Source: Oculatellaceae cyanobacterium bins.114 (GTDB lineage Bacteria; Cyanobacteriota; Cyanobacteriia; Elainellales; Elainellaceae). From it: 64,000 nucleotides of DNA. The position numbers and the translations under genes were made by a program. The notes below the pieces were generated by a model. The model did not search any database. It worked only from the letters and a program-made list of their open reading frames with translations, and was not told where the DNA came from. The stretch lies in NCBI GenBank assembly GCA_033764315.1, contig JANRJA010000077.1, positions 91,256-155,255 on the forward strand, read 5' to 3'. This document shows, in pieces, positions 30,441 through 40,320 of this stretch (position 1 is its first letter; each line of letters opens with the position of its first letter).

Positions 30441-30626
30441 GAACCGTTTTGAGCCGAAAGGCAATTCAGGCTGCATCAAACCTATTTATATTTTCTTAAG
30501 AATTGCTGTCAATCAGTCAAAACAAACCTTTACTGATGTTTCTATCCTTTGATCGAAGGGCATATTTAACAGTAAAGGATGGATTCTCTGCACCCTAGCT
30601 TTGCCAATAGTTAACCTTATCTTTAA

Positions 30627-32918
30627 ATGACCAAAGCTCCTCTGACTGAAAACGAGTTAGACCGCTTGCGTGCATTGGTTCAGTGCAGAATTTTAGACAC
30701 TCCCCCAGACGTCATATTTGATGATATTGCTCGGCTTGCAGCCCAAATTTGTAATACTCCCTTTGCATTTGTCGGTTTGATGGATGCTGAACGGCAATGG
30801 TTTAAGGCAAAAGTGGGCTTAGACACATCGGAAATCTCGCGAGATGTTGCTTTTTGTAATTACACCATCCTGCAATCTAGCTCTTTAATCGTTCCCGATA
30901 CCCTATTAGACGAACGCTTTAAAGACAACCCTTATGTGCTTGGGGAACCCCACATTCGCTTTTATGCTGGAGTGCCACTCATCACATCAGAGGGGTATGG
31001 ATTGGGAACCGTTTGTGTTGTGGATCAAACCCCACGAGAGTTGAGCGATCAACAAATTCAAGGATTAGAAGCGTTAGGGCGGCAAGTCACTCAGCAGCTT
31101 GAATTACGCCGCAGCCTGTCAGCTGTAGAACAAACCATTTTTGAACGTCAGGCTATCTCGCCCCAGCCCGGTCAGGTTGGTCGATCTAGAGGTTTTCTAC
31201 TGGGAGGTCTTTTAGCCACATTACTGTCAATTGGGGTTTACGCTCAGATCACAACGAATAGGCTTCAATCAGAGGGGGTTCAGGCAATCTGGGAGGCTGT
31301 GTTCATGCCTCTGGCACGAGGGTTATCTCAAGTTCAGTTGCCTGGATTGAGTCAATTAGGACTGGCGATCGCTCCGCTGCTTTTTTATGCCCTTTACCAT
31401 GCAACCTGGCAGCAGCGACAAATCAAAAAAGTTTTAAAGACAGAGCGCAATTTTACCAGGGCACTTCTAGATACAGTGGGCGCGTTAGTGGTGGTGCTCG
31501 ACACGCAAGGCAGAATTGTTCGGTTTAATCGAACCTGTGAACAAATCACGGGTTATTCATTTGAAGAGGTGAGACACAGGTATGTTTGGGACGTTTTTTT
31601 GCCAATAGATGAACGAGAAGCGGCTAAGGCACAATTTGCAGACGGGCAGACCCAGCGATTTCCGAGAGTATGTGAGGGCAGTTGGTTAACCAAATCAGGT
31701 CAAAAACATCCGATCGCCTGGTCACAGACGGCTTTGTTTGATCAATCTGGGTCAGTGCAATATGTGATTAACACTGGGCTTGACCTGAGCGATCGCAAGC
31801 AAGCTCAAGCGGCTCAATCGCAATTAGCAGCGATCGTTGAGTCCTCTAACGATGCCATTATCGGCATTACGTTAGATGGCAAGATTCAGACCTGGAATGC
31901 CGCAGCAGAGAGAATGTATGGCTATTCTCCAAACGAGGTTCAAGGTAAGCCAGTCATTTTCTTGGCACAGCCCATGACATTAGAAGAGGATTTAGCGTCT
32001 AGCCAACAATCGTTGGCTCAGTTTTTAGAACCCAATCAGACTCAGCATGTGAGGAAAGATGGAAAGCGCATGGATGTGGCATTAACCCTATCCCCTATTC
32101 GAGAAATCGATGGTAGCGTCACTGGAACGTCAATTATTGCTCGTGATATCACTGCACTAATGGCAATTGAGCGCATGAAAGATGAGTTTATTGCGGTCGT
32201 CAGTCATGAACTAAGAACTCCACTTGCTTCTTTAAAAGGTGCTTTAGAGTTGTTATTAACTGGGAAATTAGGGAATTTATCTGAGAAAGGGCAACGGATG
32301 TTAAAAATAGCCCTGGTCAATTCAAATCGATTAAATTTCTCAATTAATAATATTTTGAATGTTGATCCTAAAAATTATCAATTGTCAAAGCGATTGTGTG
32401 ATGTTGCTGACATTATTCAATCGGCTCTCAAGTCAGTGCGGGCGATCGCTGATGAAACGGGCACTGTCATTTCAGCAACGGTTATCTCTGCGCAGGTATA
32501 TGCTGACCCTGAGCGGCTCGCTCATGTGTTTGAGCAGTTGCTCCATAATGCGATTAAATTCTCCTCAAAACCAGGAGAGGTTGTCATTACGGTTGAGCAA
32601 CTCGTTGATACATCAGTAGAAATTGATGTTAATCACGCCCTAACAACTCAAAACCAAATTCTCATTCGAGTGCAGGATCGGGGGATCGGCATTCCTGCGG
32701 ACAAATTAGAAATTATTTTTGAGCGGTTTTACCAGATTGATGCTTCTAACTCTCGACCCAAAGGAGGCACAGGGTTGGGGTTGGCGATTTGCCGCAATTT
32801 AATAGAGCAGCATCAAGGGCGTATTTGGGCAAAAAGTTGTTTAGGAGAAGGAAGCACATTTCACATCGTGTTGCCCTGCATTATTGGGCAGACTGATAAC
32901 AAGACAACGATTGGTTAG
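30627..32918 (+). CDS. GAF-TM-PAS-PAS sensor histidine kinase
   Basis: GAF (ILDTPPD..FDDIARLAA, IRFYAGVPL), two PAS domains, H-box VSHELRTP and HATPase GGTGLGLAIC. Confidence 0.92.
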   Translation: MTKAPLTENELDRLRALVQCRILDTPPDVIFDDIARLAAQICNTPFAFVGLMDAERQWFKAKVGLDTSEISRDVAFCNYTILQSSSLIVPDTLLDERFKDNPYVLGEPHIRFYAGVPLITSEGYGLGTVCVVDQTPRELSDQQIQGLEALGRQVTQQLELRRSLSAVEQTIFERQAISPQPGQVGRSRGFLLGGLLATLLSIGVYAQITTNRLQSEGVQAIWEAVFMPLARGLSQVQLPGLSQLGLAIAPLLFYALYHATWQQRQIKKVLKTERNFTRALLDTVGALVVVLDTQGRIVRFNRTCEQITGYSFEEVRHRYVWDVFLPIDEREAAKAQFADGQTQRFPRVCEGSWLTKSGQKHPIAWSQTALFDQSGSVQYVINTGLDLSDRKQAQAAQSQLAAIVESSNDAIIGITLDGKIQTWNAAAERMYGYSPNEVQGKPVIFLAQPMTLEEDLASSQQSLAQFLEPNQTQHVRKDGKRMDVALTLSPIREIDGSVTGTSIIARDITALMAIERMKDEFIAVVSHELRTPLASLKGALELLLTGKLGNLSEKGQRMLKIALVNSNRLNFSINNILNVDPKNYQLSKRLCDVADIIQSALKSVRAIADETGTVISATVISAQVYADPERLAHVFEQLLHNAIKFSSKPGEVVITVEQLVDTSVEIDVNHALTTQNQILIRVQDRGIGIPADKLEIIFERFYQIDASNSRPKGGTGLGLAICRNLIEQHQGRIWAKSCLGEGSTFHIVLPCIIGQTDNKTTIG

Positions 32919-33022
32919 TTGATGGCTCACCTATAAATTCAAAATTGGCGATCGCAGCCCTATTTGGGCATATAAAGCGACATCAATAGTTAATCTGCCT
33001 CGCGCAAAGATATTCCCTAAGT

Positions 33023-34771
33023 ATGGAAACGCAAAAACACGCAACAGATCATTCTGAGCAACAGCAAAGCTCTTGGCAGATGGCCAATGAATTACTTCAC
33101 AATTCGGATGATATTACCTCACTGGTGAGCTATGAGTTACGAGCACCACTGACATCCATTCGGGCTGCGCTGGGGTTGTTGTTAACCGGGATGATGGGCA
33201 CGCTCTCTCCCAAAGGGCACCGAATGCTAGAAATTGCATTGAGTAATACGGATCGGCTGATGCGAGTCGTTGAGACCTTAGAGTATGACTCAGAGTTATT
33301 TAGCAACGCCAATGGAGCCAGTCATACCAATGGAACCAGTCATACCAATGGGACAGCATTACCCTCAAATGAAGGTATTGAAAGAGTCAACACAGTTGGA
33401 GGAGAAGATTTAGCTCAGCCATCACGCAAAACGCCTATCAAACATAAGCGAATTTATTATGACCGATTAACGGGCTTGCCCAACCGGACGTTATTTATGA
33501 GTTGGTTGCGTCAGGCGATCGCTCGGACTCAGCAAACCCCAGATCAGGTCTTTGCGGTATTGATCGTGGCACTCGATCGGTTTCAGGTGGTCAGCGATAG
33601 TTTAGGGCGAATGGCGGGTGAGCAGTTGTTGGTGGCGATCGCTCAGCAGTTAAGCACCTATGTCGAATCATTTGGAGTGTTAACTCGGCTTCAGGAAAAT
33701 GAGTTTGCCATCTTGATCCATCAAGTTGAGACCCGCGATGAAATCTTTGCGATCGCTACTGAAATTCAAGGCAGGCTCAGCCACCCTTTCACGCTTTACC
33801 AGCAAGAGATTTTCTTAACCGCCAGCCTGGGTATTGCCTCAAGCCAACAAGGATATGAGTCTCCAGAAGATATCTTGCATGATGCTGCAACAGCCCTTCA
33901 CCGTGCTCAGGGGAGAGGTGGCAACTGTTATGAAATGTTTGATGCTCAAGTCCGCAGTGAAGCGATTTCTCGGTTTCAACTCGAAACAGATTTGCGGATG
34001 GCGTTAGAGCGACAGGAGTTTCAACTCCACTATCAGCCGGTGTTATCTCTAAGCAATGACCAAGTGGTTGGGTTTGAGGCGTTGCTGCGGTGGTTTCACC
34101 CTAAAGAGGGGCTTGTTTCTCCAGCCAAATTTATTCCGATCGCTGAAGAGGCGGGGTTAATTCACCCGATTGGCTTATGGGTGTTGCGACAAGCCTGTGA
34201 ACAACTGTGTCGGTGGCAACAGGAGTTTCCCCTAGAGCTACCGCTGACGATGAACGTTAACCTGTCAGCTCAACAGTTATCACAACCTCGTTTGATCGAG
34301 CAGGTATCTGCGATTTTGCGTGAGACGGCGATCGCACCCAATACCTTGAAATTAGAAATTACCGAAACATCGATTATGAGCAGCCCAGAGGCCGCCATTA
34401 CGGTGTTGGAGCAGTTACAAGCGTGTGGCATTCAATTGTGTGTGGATGATTTTGGCACAGGTTACTCATCTTTGTCTTACTTACACCGCTTTCCACTGGA
34501 TACGCTCAAGATCGATCGCTCGTTTGTCAGCCGCATTGACTCTGAAGGTGAGCAGTTAGAAATCGTGCAGGCGATCGTCAAATTAGCCTGGAACTTGGGC
34601 ATGAATGTGGTGGTGGAAGGCGTGGAAACGCTGAAACAGTATGCCCAATTGAAAGCGTTGAGATGTGACTATGCGCAGGGCTATTTCTTCTCAAAACCTG
34701 TGAATGCTGAGGCAGCCGCTTTATTCCTCAAGCAAAAACTGGCAATGGCACCTTCTCACCGATCCCATTAG
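33023..34771 (+). CDS. Pseudo-HisKA + degenerate GGDEF + EAL protein (probable c-di-GMP phosphodiesterase)
   Basis: N-terminal VSYELRAP; DRLTGLPNR with RLQENEF in place of GGDEF; intact FEALLRW, LEITE, DDFGTGYSS, KIDRSF and EGVET. Confidence 0.88.
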   Translation: METQKHATDHSEQQQSSWQMANELLHNSDDITSLVSYELRAPLTSIRAALGLLLTGMMGTLSPKGHRMLEIALSNTDRLMRVVETLEYDSELFSNANGASHTNGTSHTNGTALPSNEGIERVNTVGGEDLAQPSRKTPIKHKRIYYDRLTGLPNRTLFMSWLRQAIARTQQTPDQVFAVLIVALDRFQVVSDSLGRMAGEQLLVAIAQQLSTYVESFGVLTRLQENEFAILIHQVETRDEIFAIATEIQGRLSHPFTLYQQEIFLTASLGIASSQQGYESPEDILHDAATALHRAQGRGGNCYEMFDAQVRSEAISRFQLETDLRMALERQEFQLHYQPVLSLSNDQVVGFEALLRWFHPKEGLVSPAKFIPIAEEAGLIHPIGLWVLRQACEQLCRWQQEFPLELPLTMNVNLSAQQLSQPRLIEQVSAILRETAIAPNTLKLEITETSIMSSPEAAITVLEQLQACGIQLCVDDFGTGYSSLSYLHRFPLDTLKIDRSFVSRIDSEGEQLEIVQAIVKLAWNLGMNVVVEGVETLKQYAQLKALRCDYAQGYFFSKPVNAEAAALFLKQKLAMAPSHRSH

Positions 34772-34813
34772 CCCGAAGAATTAGTACAATTGTATTAATT
34801 CTTGGTCGTCCCT

Positions 34814-35296
34814 ATGCTTTCTAGAGCGATTACCCCAGTAGCCATTACCCCAACAGGGAACTGCTGCGCGCCGCCTAATTGGATGCAACTCCTGATGCAT
34901 AAACCTCTTTGGCTTCACCCCAATGCCCTTGTCTATCATCAACCGTCAGACACGGTTTTTGTGGTTCATCGGTTGCAACAGCAACGAGGCACAAATGCGC
35001 TCGTTTTGCTGCCTGCCTTGCTAGAGGGCGATCAAGCTAAACGATATTTGCTCTCTCAGTGCGATCGGGCATGGTGGCATCATTTTGCTCAACCCCGTTG
35101 TGTGATGGATCGGGGAGAATCGGTGTGGGTCGATCAACCCCAACAACAATTGGCGATCGTCGGCAGTGGAGATGCTCAGCGACTTGAGCTAAATCAGGTA
35201 CAGGATGCTGCCCTTAAATTTGCAGAGGCATTTGGCGGTGAGATTATTCAAGTCAGCTCAGACACACTGCTGCGGTGGGAGTTGCCCATCCTTTAA
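34814..35296 (+). CDS. Hypothetical protein
   Basis: Open frame with protein-like composition; start uncertain (34802, 34814 or later). Confidence 0.6.
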   Translation: MLSRAITPVAITPTGNCCAPPNWMQLLMHKPLWLHPNALVYHQPSDTVFVVHRLQQQRGTNALVLLPALLEGDQAKRYLLSQCDRAWWHHFAQPRCVMDRGESVWVDQPQQQLAIVGSGDAQRLELNQVQDAALKFAEAFGGEIIQVSSDTLLRWELPIL

Positions 35297-35328
35297 GGTT
35301 TTCTGATGGTTTGGTCAGCCTTAAGCGT

Positions 35329-35433
35329 TATAGCCGTAGCCACATTCGATGGGGCGGAGGCGAGTCAGAAAGCTTTCCCAGCATCAGGATTTGAGCCATT
35401 GCCTTTGCCTTAAGCTCTCTGACCAGAGCTATA
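35329..35433. mobile_element. Possible degenerate TATAGC...GCTATA miniature element
   Basis: Same 6-bp termini as the other MITEs but an unrelated interior. Confidence 0.4.
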
Positions 35434-35637
35434 GTTTTATAGATGAGTAGGTAGGGATCAAGTCTGTTATACTCCTTGCAGATGTATTTAACGGGTATCG
35501 TCTATCCTGTTGATGTGGATGACGACTGTTGGCTGGTGCAGCTGCAAATGACATGCAACAGGGTCTTTTGAAGTAGTTGCTTAACTAACTCCTACAGAGA
35601 ATTTTTGAATCGCATATTCTAATTCAACTATTCAACA

Positions 35638-37326
35638 ATGAAACGCTATTGGTTCATTGGGTTTTCGTTATGGATAGCGTTGGCATCTTATACCAATGCT
35701 CAGCCTATCGCTCCGTTGCCCAATCCAGTTTTGCCGAGGGAACCCGACCCCCTACCGTCTCCTGAAACTCCATCACCCACGCCCGATCTCTCAATGCCAA
35801 CGCCTCCAATAGAGCCAGCGGATGATATTCCTGGAACGATTTGGGTGGAGCGGTTTGAGTTTGAGGGCAACACTGCCTTTAGCGATCGCCAATTGAGTGA
35901 AGCAACTCAACCCTTTATTGGGCGAGAGATCTCCTTTGCAGAGTTGTTGCAAGCTGAGGCAACGGTTGCTCAACTATATACCAGCAGTGGCTATATCAAC
36001 TCTGGAGCCGTTATTCCTGCTGGGCAAAACCTGGTGAGGACAAGGGCGATTGTGACGATTCAGGTGATTGAAGGAGGGGTAGAGGAGATCCAAATTACTG
36101 GAACCCGTCGGTTGGATTCTGATTATGTGCGATCGCGCCTGGAATTGGTGACTCGCGTTCCCTTGAACCGCGATCGCTTGTTAGAGGCATTGCAACTCTT
36201 GCAACTTGACCCCTTAATTGAAACGATCTCAGCGGAACTACAAGCTGGAACCCTTCCAGAGCGGAGTTTGCTGGTTGTGCGGGTGCAGGAGGCAGATACC
36301 TGGCATGCGGATGTGTTTGCTGATAATGGACGATCTCAAAGTGTAGGCCGCTTTCGGCGGGGGGTGACGTTAGAGCAGGGCAATCTAACCGGGTTGGGCG
36401 ATCGCCTGGAATTGACCTATACCAACACAGAAGGCAGCAACCAGGGTGACTTGAGTTATACGTTGCCGTTAAACTCTGAGAATGGCACGCTGCAATTGGG
36501 GGTGAGCGTGGCGAATACTCGTGTGGTTGAGGAACCCTTTGATCTGATTGATATTACGGGAAATTCACGCATTTATGACCTGACCTATCGCCAACCTGTA
36601 GTGCAAACTCCCAGTCAAGAACTGGCGTTAGGAATCACCCTATCCCATTCAGAGAGTGAGACGTTTTTGCTCGATCAACCTTTTCCTCTGTCACCGGGTG
36701 CTAATGCTGAAGGGGAGACGAGAGTCACGACATTGCGGGTGTTTCAAGAGTTTGTGCAGCGCAATGCCCGAAATGTTTTTGCGGTGCGATCGCAGTTTAA
36801 TCTGGGGGTAGATTGGTTTGACGCGACGCGTAATGAGGATGCTCCCGATAGCCGTTTTTTGGCGTGGCGAGGACAGGCCCAATATGTGCAGTTACTGGCT
36901 CCAAACACCTTTTTACTGTTGCGGTCAGATTTGCAACTTGCCGATAATGATCTCGTTCCGCTTGAGCAATTTGGGGTTGGTGGTTTAAGCAGTGTCCGAG
37001 GCTATCGCCAGGATGCATTATTGACCAACAATGGCTTCTTGGTCTCCGCAGAGTTGCAGGTGCCAATCTTACGGGTGCCTGAGGTTAATGGTGTTTTACA
37101 AATCGTGCCATTTATTGATGCGGGGGTAGGATGGGATGAGACAACTCTCTTTCCGGATGCATCTTCTACAACGCTGGTTTCAACAGGGGTTGGGCTGCTC
37201 TGGCGGATGGACGATCGACTCTTGCTGCGGCTCGATTACAGCGTTCCCCTGACCGATTTTGATGCGGATCCATCTACTCAGACTGACGATAAGCTCTACT
37301 TTCAGTTAAACTATTCGGCTTTTTAA
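35638..37326 (+). CDS. ShlB/FhaC/HecB (TpsB) two-partner secretion outer-membrane transporter
   Basis: Signal peptide, POTRA (YTSSGYINSGA..VIEG), SVRGY loop, C-terminal Phe. Confidence 0.92.
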   Translation: MKRYWFIGFSLWIALASYTNAQPIAPLPNPVLPREPDPLPSPETPSPTPDLSMPTPPIEPADDIPGTIWVERFEFEGNTAFSDRQLSEATQPFIGREISFAELLQAEATVAQLYTSSGYINSGAVIPAGQNLVRTRAIVTIQVIEGGVEEIQITGTRRLDSDYVRSRLELVTRVPLNRDRLLEALQLLQLDPLIETISAELQAGTLPERSLLVVRVQEADTWHADVFADNGRSQSVGRFRRGVTLEQGNLTGLGDRLELTYTNTEGSNQGDLSYTLPLNSENGTLQLGVSVANTRVVEEPFDLIDITGNSRIYDLTYRQPVVQTPSQELALGITLSHSESETFLLDQPFPLSPGANAEGETRVTTLRVFQEFVQRNARNVFAVRSQFNLGVDWFDATRNEDAPDSRFLAWRGQAQYVQLLAPNTFLLLRSDLQLADNDLVPLEQFGVGGLSSVRGYRQDALLTNNGFLVSAELQVPILRVPEVNGVLQIVPFIDAGVGWDETTLFPDASSTTLVSTGVGLLWRMDDRLLLRLDYSVPLTDFDADPSTQTDDKLYFQLNYSAF

Positions 37327-37329
37327 ACA

Positions 37330-40293
37330 ATGCGCTTTAAAGTAATGCGTTTTGAAGTCACGATGCGTTTTGCGGCCACACCCTGGGCGATCGCCCTATT
37401 GTTGAATCCGCTGATCGGGTTAGGGGCGGCTCGGCCTGCGGTGGCTCAACTGACCCCTGACAACACCCTGGGAAATGAGCGATCGCAGACCGTTCCCACG
37501 ACTATCAACGGGTTGCCCGCAACTCAGATTGAGGGGGGTGCAAGACGGGCATTGAACTTATTTCACAGTTTCCAGAGCTTTAATATTGGGACGGGTCAGC
37601 AGGTCTATTTTGCCAATCCAGCGGGGGTACAAACGATTATCACCCGTGTGACGGGGGGCAGTTCCTCCACCATCTTAGGAACTTTGGGGGTGCAGGGAGC
37701 TGCAAACTTATTTTTGCTCAATCCTAGAGGCATTGTCTTTGGGCCAGAGGCACGCCTGGATTTGCGGGGTTCGTTGATCGCTTCGACAGCCGATGGGGTG
37801 GTGTTGAGTGATGGTTTTGAATTTGCTGCAACCAATCCTCAATCTCCTCCATTGCTCAGTGTGGCCATTCCAGTGGGGTTGCGATTTCGGGATAACCCCG
37901 GTGCGATCCTCAACCAATCTGTCGCCCAACAATCTCTAGGTGGCTTGCCTACGACGGGGTTGGCCGTTGACCCAGGACAGGCGATCGCCCTCATTGGGGG
38001 AGATGTGCGGTTAAACAACGGCAGCATCATTGCTTCGCAGGGAACGGTATATCTGGGCAGTGTGGCAGGGCCGGGAGTGGTCGGGTTGACGACTACACCG
38101 ATAGGGTTGGCAGTGGACTATGCCAATATCCGCAATTTCGGCAGTATTGATCTCTCCAATGCAGCTTCAGTCAATACTTTAGGGTTAGGAGGAGGGGCAA
38201 TTCGCATTTACGGAGGGAGTGTAACTTTGCGCGATCGCGCCAATTTAGTTGCAGATACCATCGGGGATGTGAATGGCCGAGGCATTACGATTGATGCCAC
38301 TCGATTGCGGGTGCAAGGTCGTGCTTTTATTGGCATGTCAACCATTGGCACCGGAGCAGCAGGCGATCTAACAATCCGGGCAACAGAGTCAGTTGATCTG
38401 ACAGGTGCTGGCCCTGAGACGTTTCAACGGTTGTTTGTCGATCCCATCCTTGAGGACACAACTCCCAATTTGTTTGATCGAGAGGGCTTGATTTCGACAG
38501 GCACGGCCAGCACTGGCAGAGCAGGCGATATCATCATCACCACGAGACAACTCAGGTTAACGAATGGAGCCGTCTTACTGAGCCCGACTCTGGGTTTAGG
38601 AGCCGGAGGGAACGTGACCATTAACGCCAGAGAATTAGTAGATGTTAGTGGTTCTGGTATTTTAACGACTGCCCTTGACCAGGGAAACGCAGGAGTCTTG
38701 ACGATTGACACGCGCAGATTAATCGTGCGAGATGAATCTCTCGTGAGCACATCAACATTTGGCGCAGGGAATGGTGGCAACCTCACGGTGGATGCAACGG
38801 AGTCAGTGCGGGTGTCTGAAATTTTTGAGAGAACTGAATTTGGTACGAGCATTGCTACATCGACCATCGGCGGCACAGGAGATGCAGGCGATCTGCTGAT
38901 CAATACGCGATCGCTCTTAGTGGAAGGAGGAGCAACCATTACCTCTGCGAGTGGAGCCACTGCGGTGACTCGGCTGATTCCAGCTGAAGGAGCAGGCGGC
39001 AACTTAACCGTAAATGCCACCGATTCAATCACGGTTACTGGACGATCTATCGGACGTCAACCCTCACGCAGTCAAATTGTCACCGCAACAGCAGGGAGTG
39101 GTAACTCAGGAAACTTACGCATTAATACTCGTCGCTTAACCGTCCAGGATGGAGGAGCCATTGGAGCCTCAACGGTTGCCGCAGGACGAGGAGGAAACAT
39201 CATCATTCGTGCCTCTGAGTCAGTCAATGTGGTAGGCACTAGTTCAGCCCAGAGCTTCCTCACAGGAATTGTCACAGCGTCTGGAGATTTATTGGTAGGA
39301 ATACGCTTTCCCATTAACCCTACGGGTGATGCTGGAAGCATCGATTTGCAAACAGGCAGGTTGAGTCTGCAAAATCGAGCAACGATTAGTGTGGCGAGTT
39401 CACTCACGGGTGATGCAGGCACACTCAATGTGATTGCCGATACGATCGCCCTAGACGATCGCAGCAGAATCACCGGAGATACGGGGGCAGGGGCAGGGGG
39501 TGACATCAATCTGCGATCGCAGCTACTTCAGTTACGCGATAGAAGTCGGATTAGCACCGATGCGGGTGTCTCGAATGGAGGCAACATCGCCATCGACAGT
39601 CAATTTTTGATTGGCTTCCCAAATCAAAATAGCGATATTACAGCCAATGCTAGAACTGCTCAGGGGGGACGGGTGACGGTCAATTCTCCTTATATTTTTG
39701 GCATTGCCCCGTTGACCCGCGAACAACTGCGATCGCGCCTGGGGCTAACGGAGGAACAGTTTGCTAACCTGCGAGTGAATCCTGCTAATCGGCTGATCAG
39801 CAATGACATTACGGCTATTTCTCAAACGGCTCCCAGTTTGTCAGGCAGCGTTGTTTTCAATACGTCTGGGATTAATCCAGCACAGAGTTTGGTGGAGTTG
39901 CCCCAAACCGTCGTTGATCCCAGCACGCTCATTGCGGCAAATCCCTGCGTTCAAGCACAAGGGAGAAGTGAGTTTGTCATCACTGGACGAGGCGGTTTGC
40001 CGCTCAATCCAAATGACACCTTGAGCATTCAGACAGGTTCTTATCCCTGGGTAGAGGCGGTAGGAACGCAACGGGCGCGAGGGCAAGAGGGGGAGAGTAG
40101 GGAATCAGCAAGCCAGAATAGAGCGGCGGTAGGAGCGGCAGGGGAGGAAGCGTTTCAACCCGCTCAAGGGTGGGTGATGACGGGTGGAGATCAGGTGACA
40201 TTAGTAGCGGGGAATGCAGGAGTAGCGGGGAATGCAGGAATGGCAAGTCAGGAGCGATCGCCCCAAGATTTTTCCTATTGTTCTCCCCGTTAA
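37330..40293 (+). CDS. Filamentous haemagglutinin-family exoprotein (TpsA)
   Basis: TPS domain (NLFHSFQSF, NLFLLNPRGIVFG), G-x-A-G beta-helix repeats and C-terminal FVITGRGGLP. Start may be the third Met. Confidence 0.92.
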   Translation: MRFKVMRFEVTMRFAATPWAIALLLNPLIGLGAARPAVAQLTPDNTLGNERSQTVPTTINGLPATQIEGGARRALNLFHSFQSFNIGTGQQVYFANPAGVQTIITRVTGGSSSTILGTLGVQGAANLFLLNPRGIVFGPEARLDLRGSLIASTADGVVLSDGFEFAATNPQSPPLLSVAIPVGLRFRDNPGAILNQSVAQQSLGGLPTTGLAVDPGQAIALIGGDVRLNNGSIIASQGTVYLGSVAGPGVVGLTTTPIGLAVDYANIRNFGSIDLSNAASVNTLGLGGGAIRIYGGSVTLRDRANLVADTIGDVNGRGITIDATRLRVQGRAFIGMSTIGTGAAGDLTIRATESVDLTGAGPETFQRLFVDPILEDTTPNLFDREGLISTGTASTGRAGDIIITTRQLRLTNGAVLLSPTLGLGAGGNVTINARELVDVSGSGILTTALDQGNAGVLTIDTRRLIVRDESLVSTSTFGAGNGGNLTVDATESVRVSEIFERTEFGTSIATSTIGGTGDAGDLLINTRSLLVEGGATITSASGATAVTRLIPAEGAGGNLTVNATDSITVTGRSIGRQPSRSQIVTATAGSGNSGNLRINTRRLTVQDGGAIGASTVAAGRGGNIIIRASESVNVVGTSSAQSFLTGIVTASGDLLVGIRFPINPTGDAGSIDLQTGRLSLQNRATISVASSLTGDAGTLNVIADTIALDDRSRITGDTGAGAGGDINLRSQLLQLRDRSRISTDAGVSNGGNIAIDSQFLIGFPNQNSDITANARTAQGGRVTVNSPYIFGIAPLTREQLRSRLGLTEEQFANLRVNPANRLISNDITAISQTAPSLSGSVVFNTSGINPAQSLVELPQTVVDPSTLIAANPCVQAQGRSEFVITGRGGLPLNPNDTLSIQTGSYPWVEAVGTQRARGQEGESRESASQNRAAVGAAGEEAFQPAQGWVMTGGDQVTLVAGNAGVAGNAGMASQERSPQDFSYCSPR

Positions 40294-40320
40294 AAAGACT
40301 ATATTCATAGAGGTTTCTCG

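Noticed and set aside
38424-39509. Long antisense ORFs (202 aa and 145 aa) within TpsA
   Set aside because: Shadow frames of repetitive Gly/Thr/Ala-rich coding sequence with no independent signals; the same applies to most other nested ORFs in the track.
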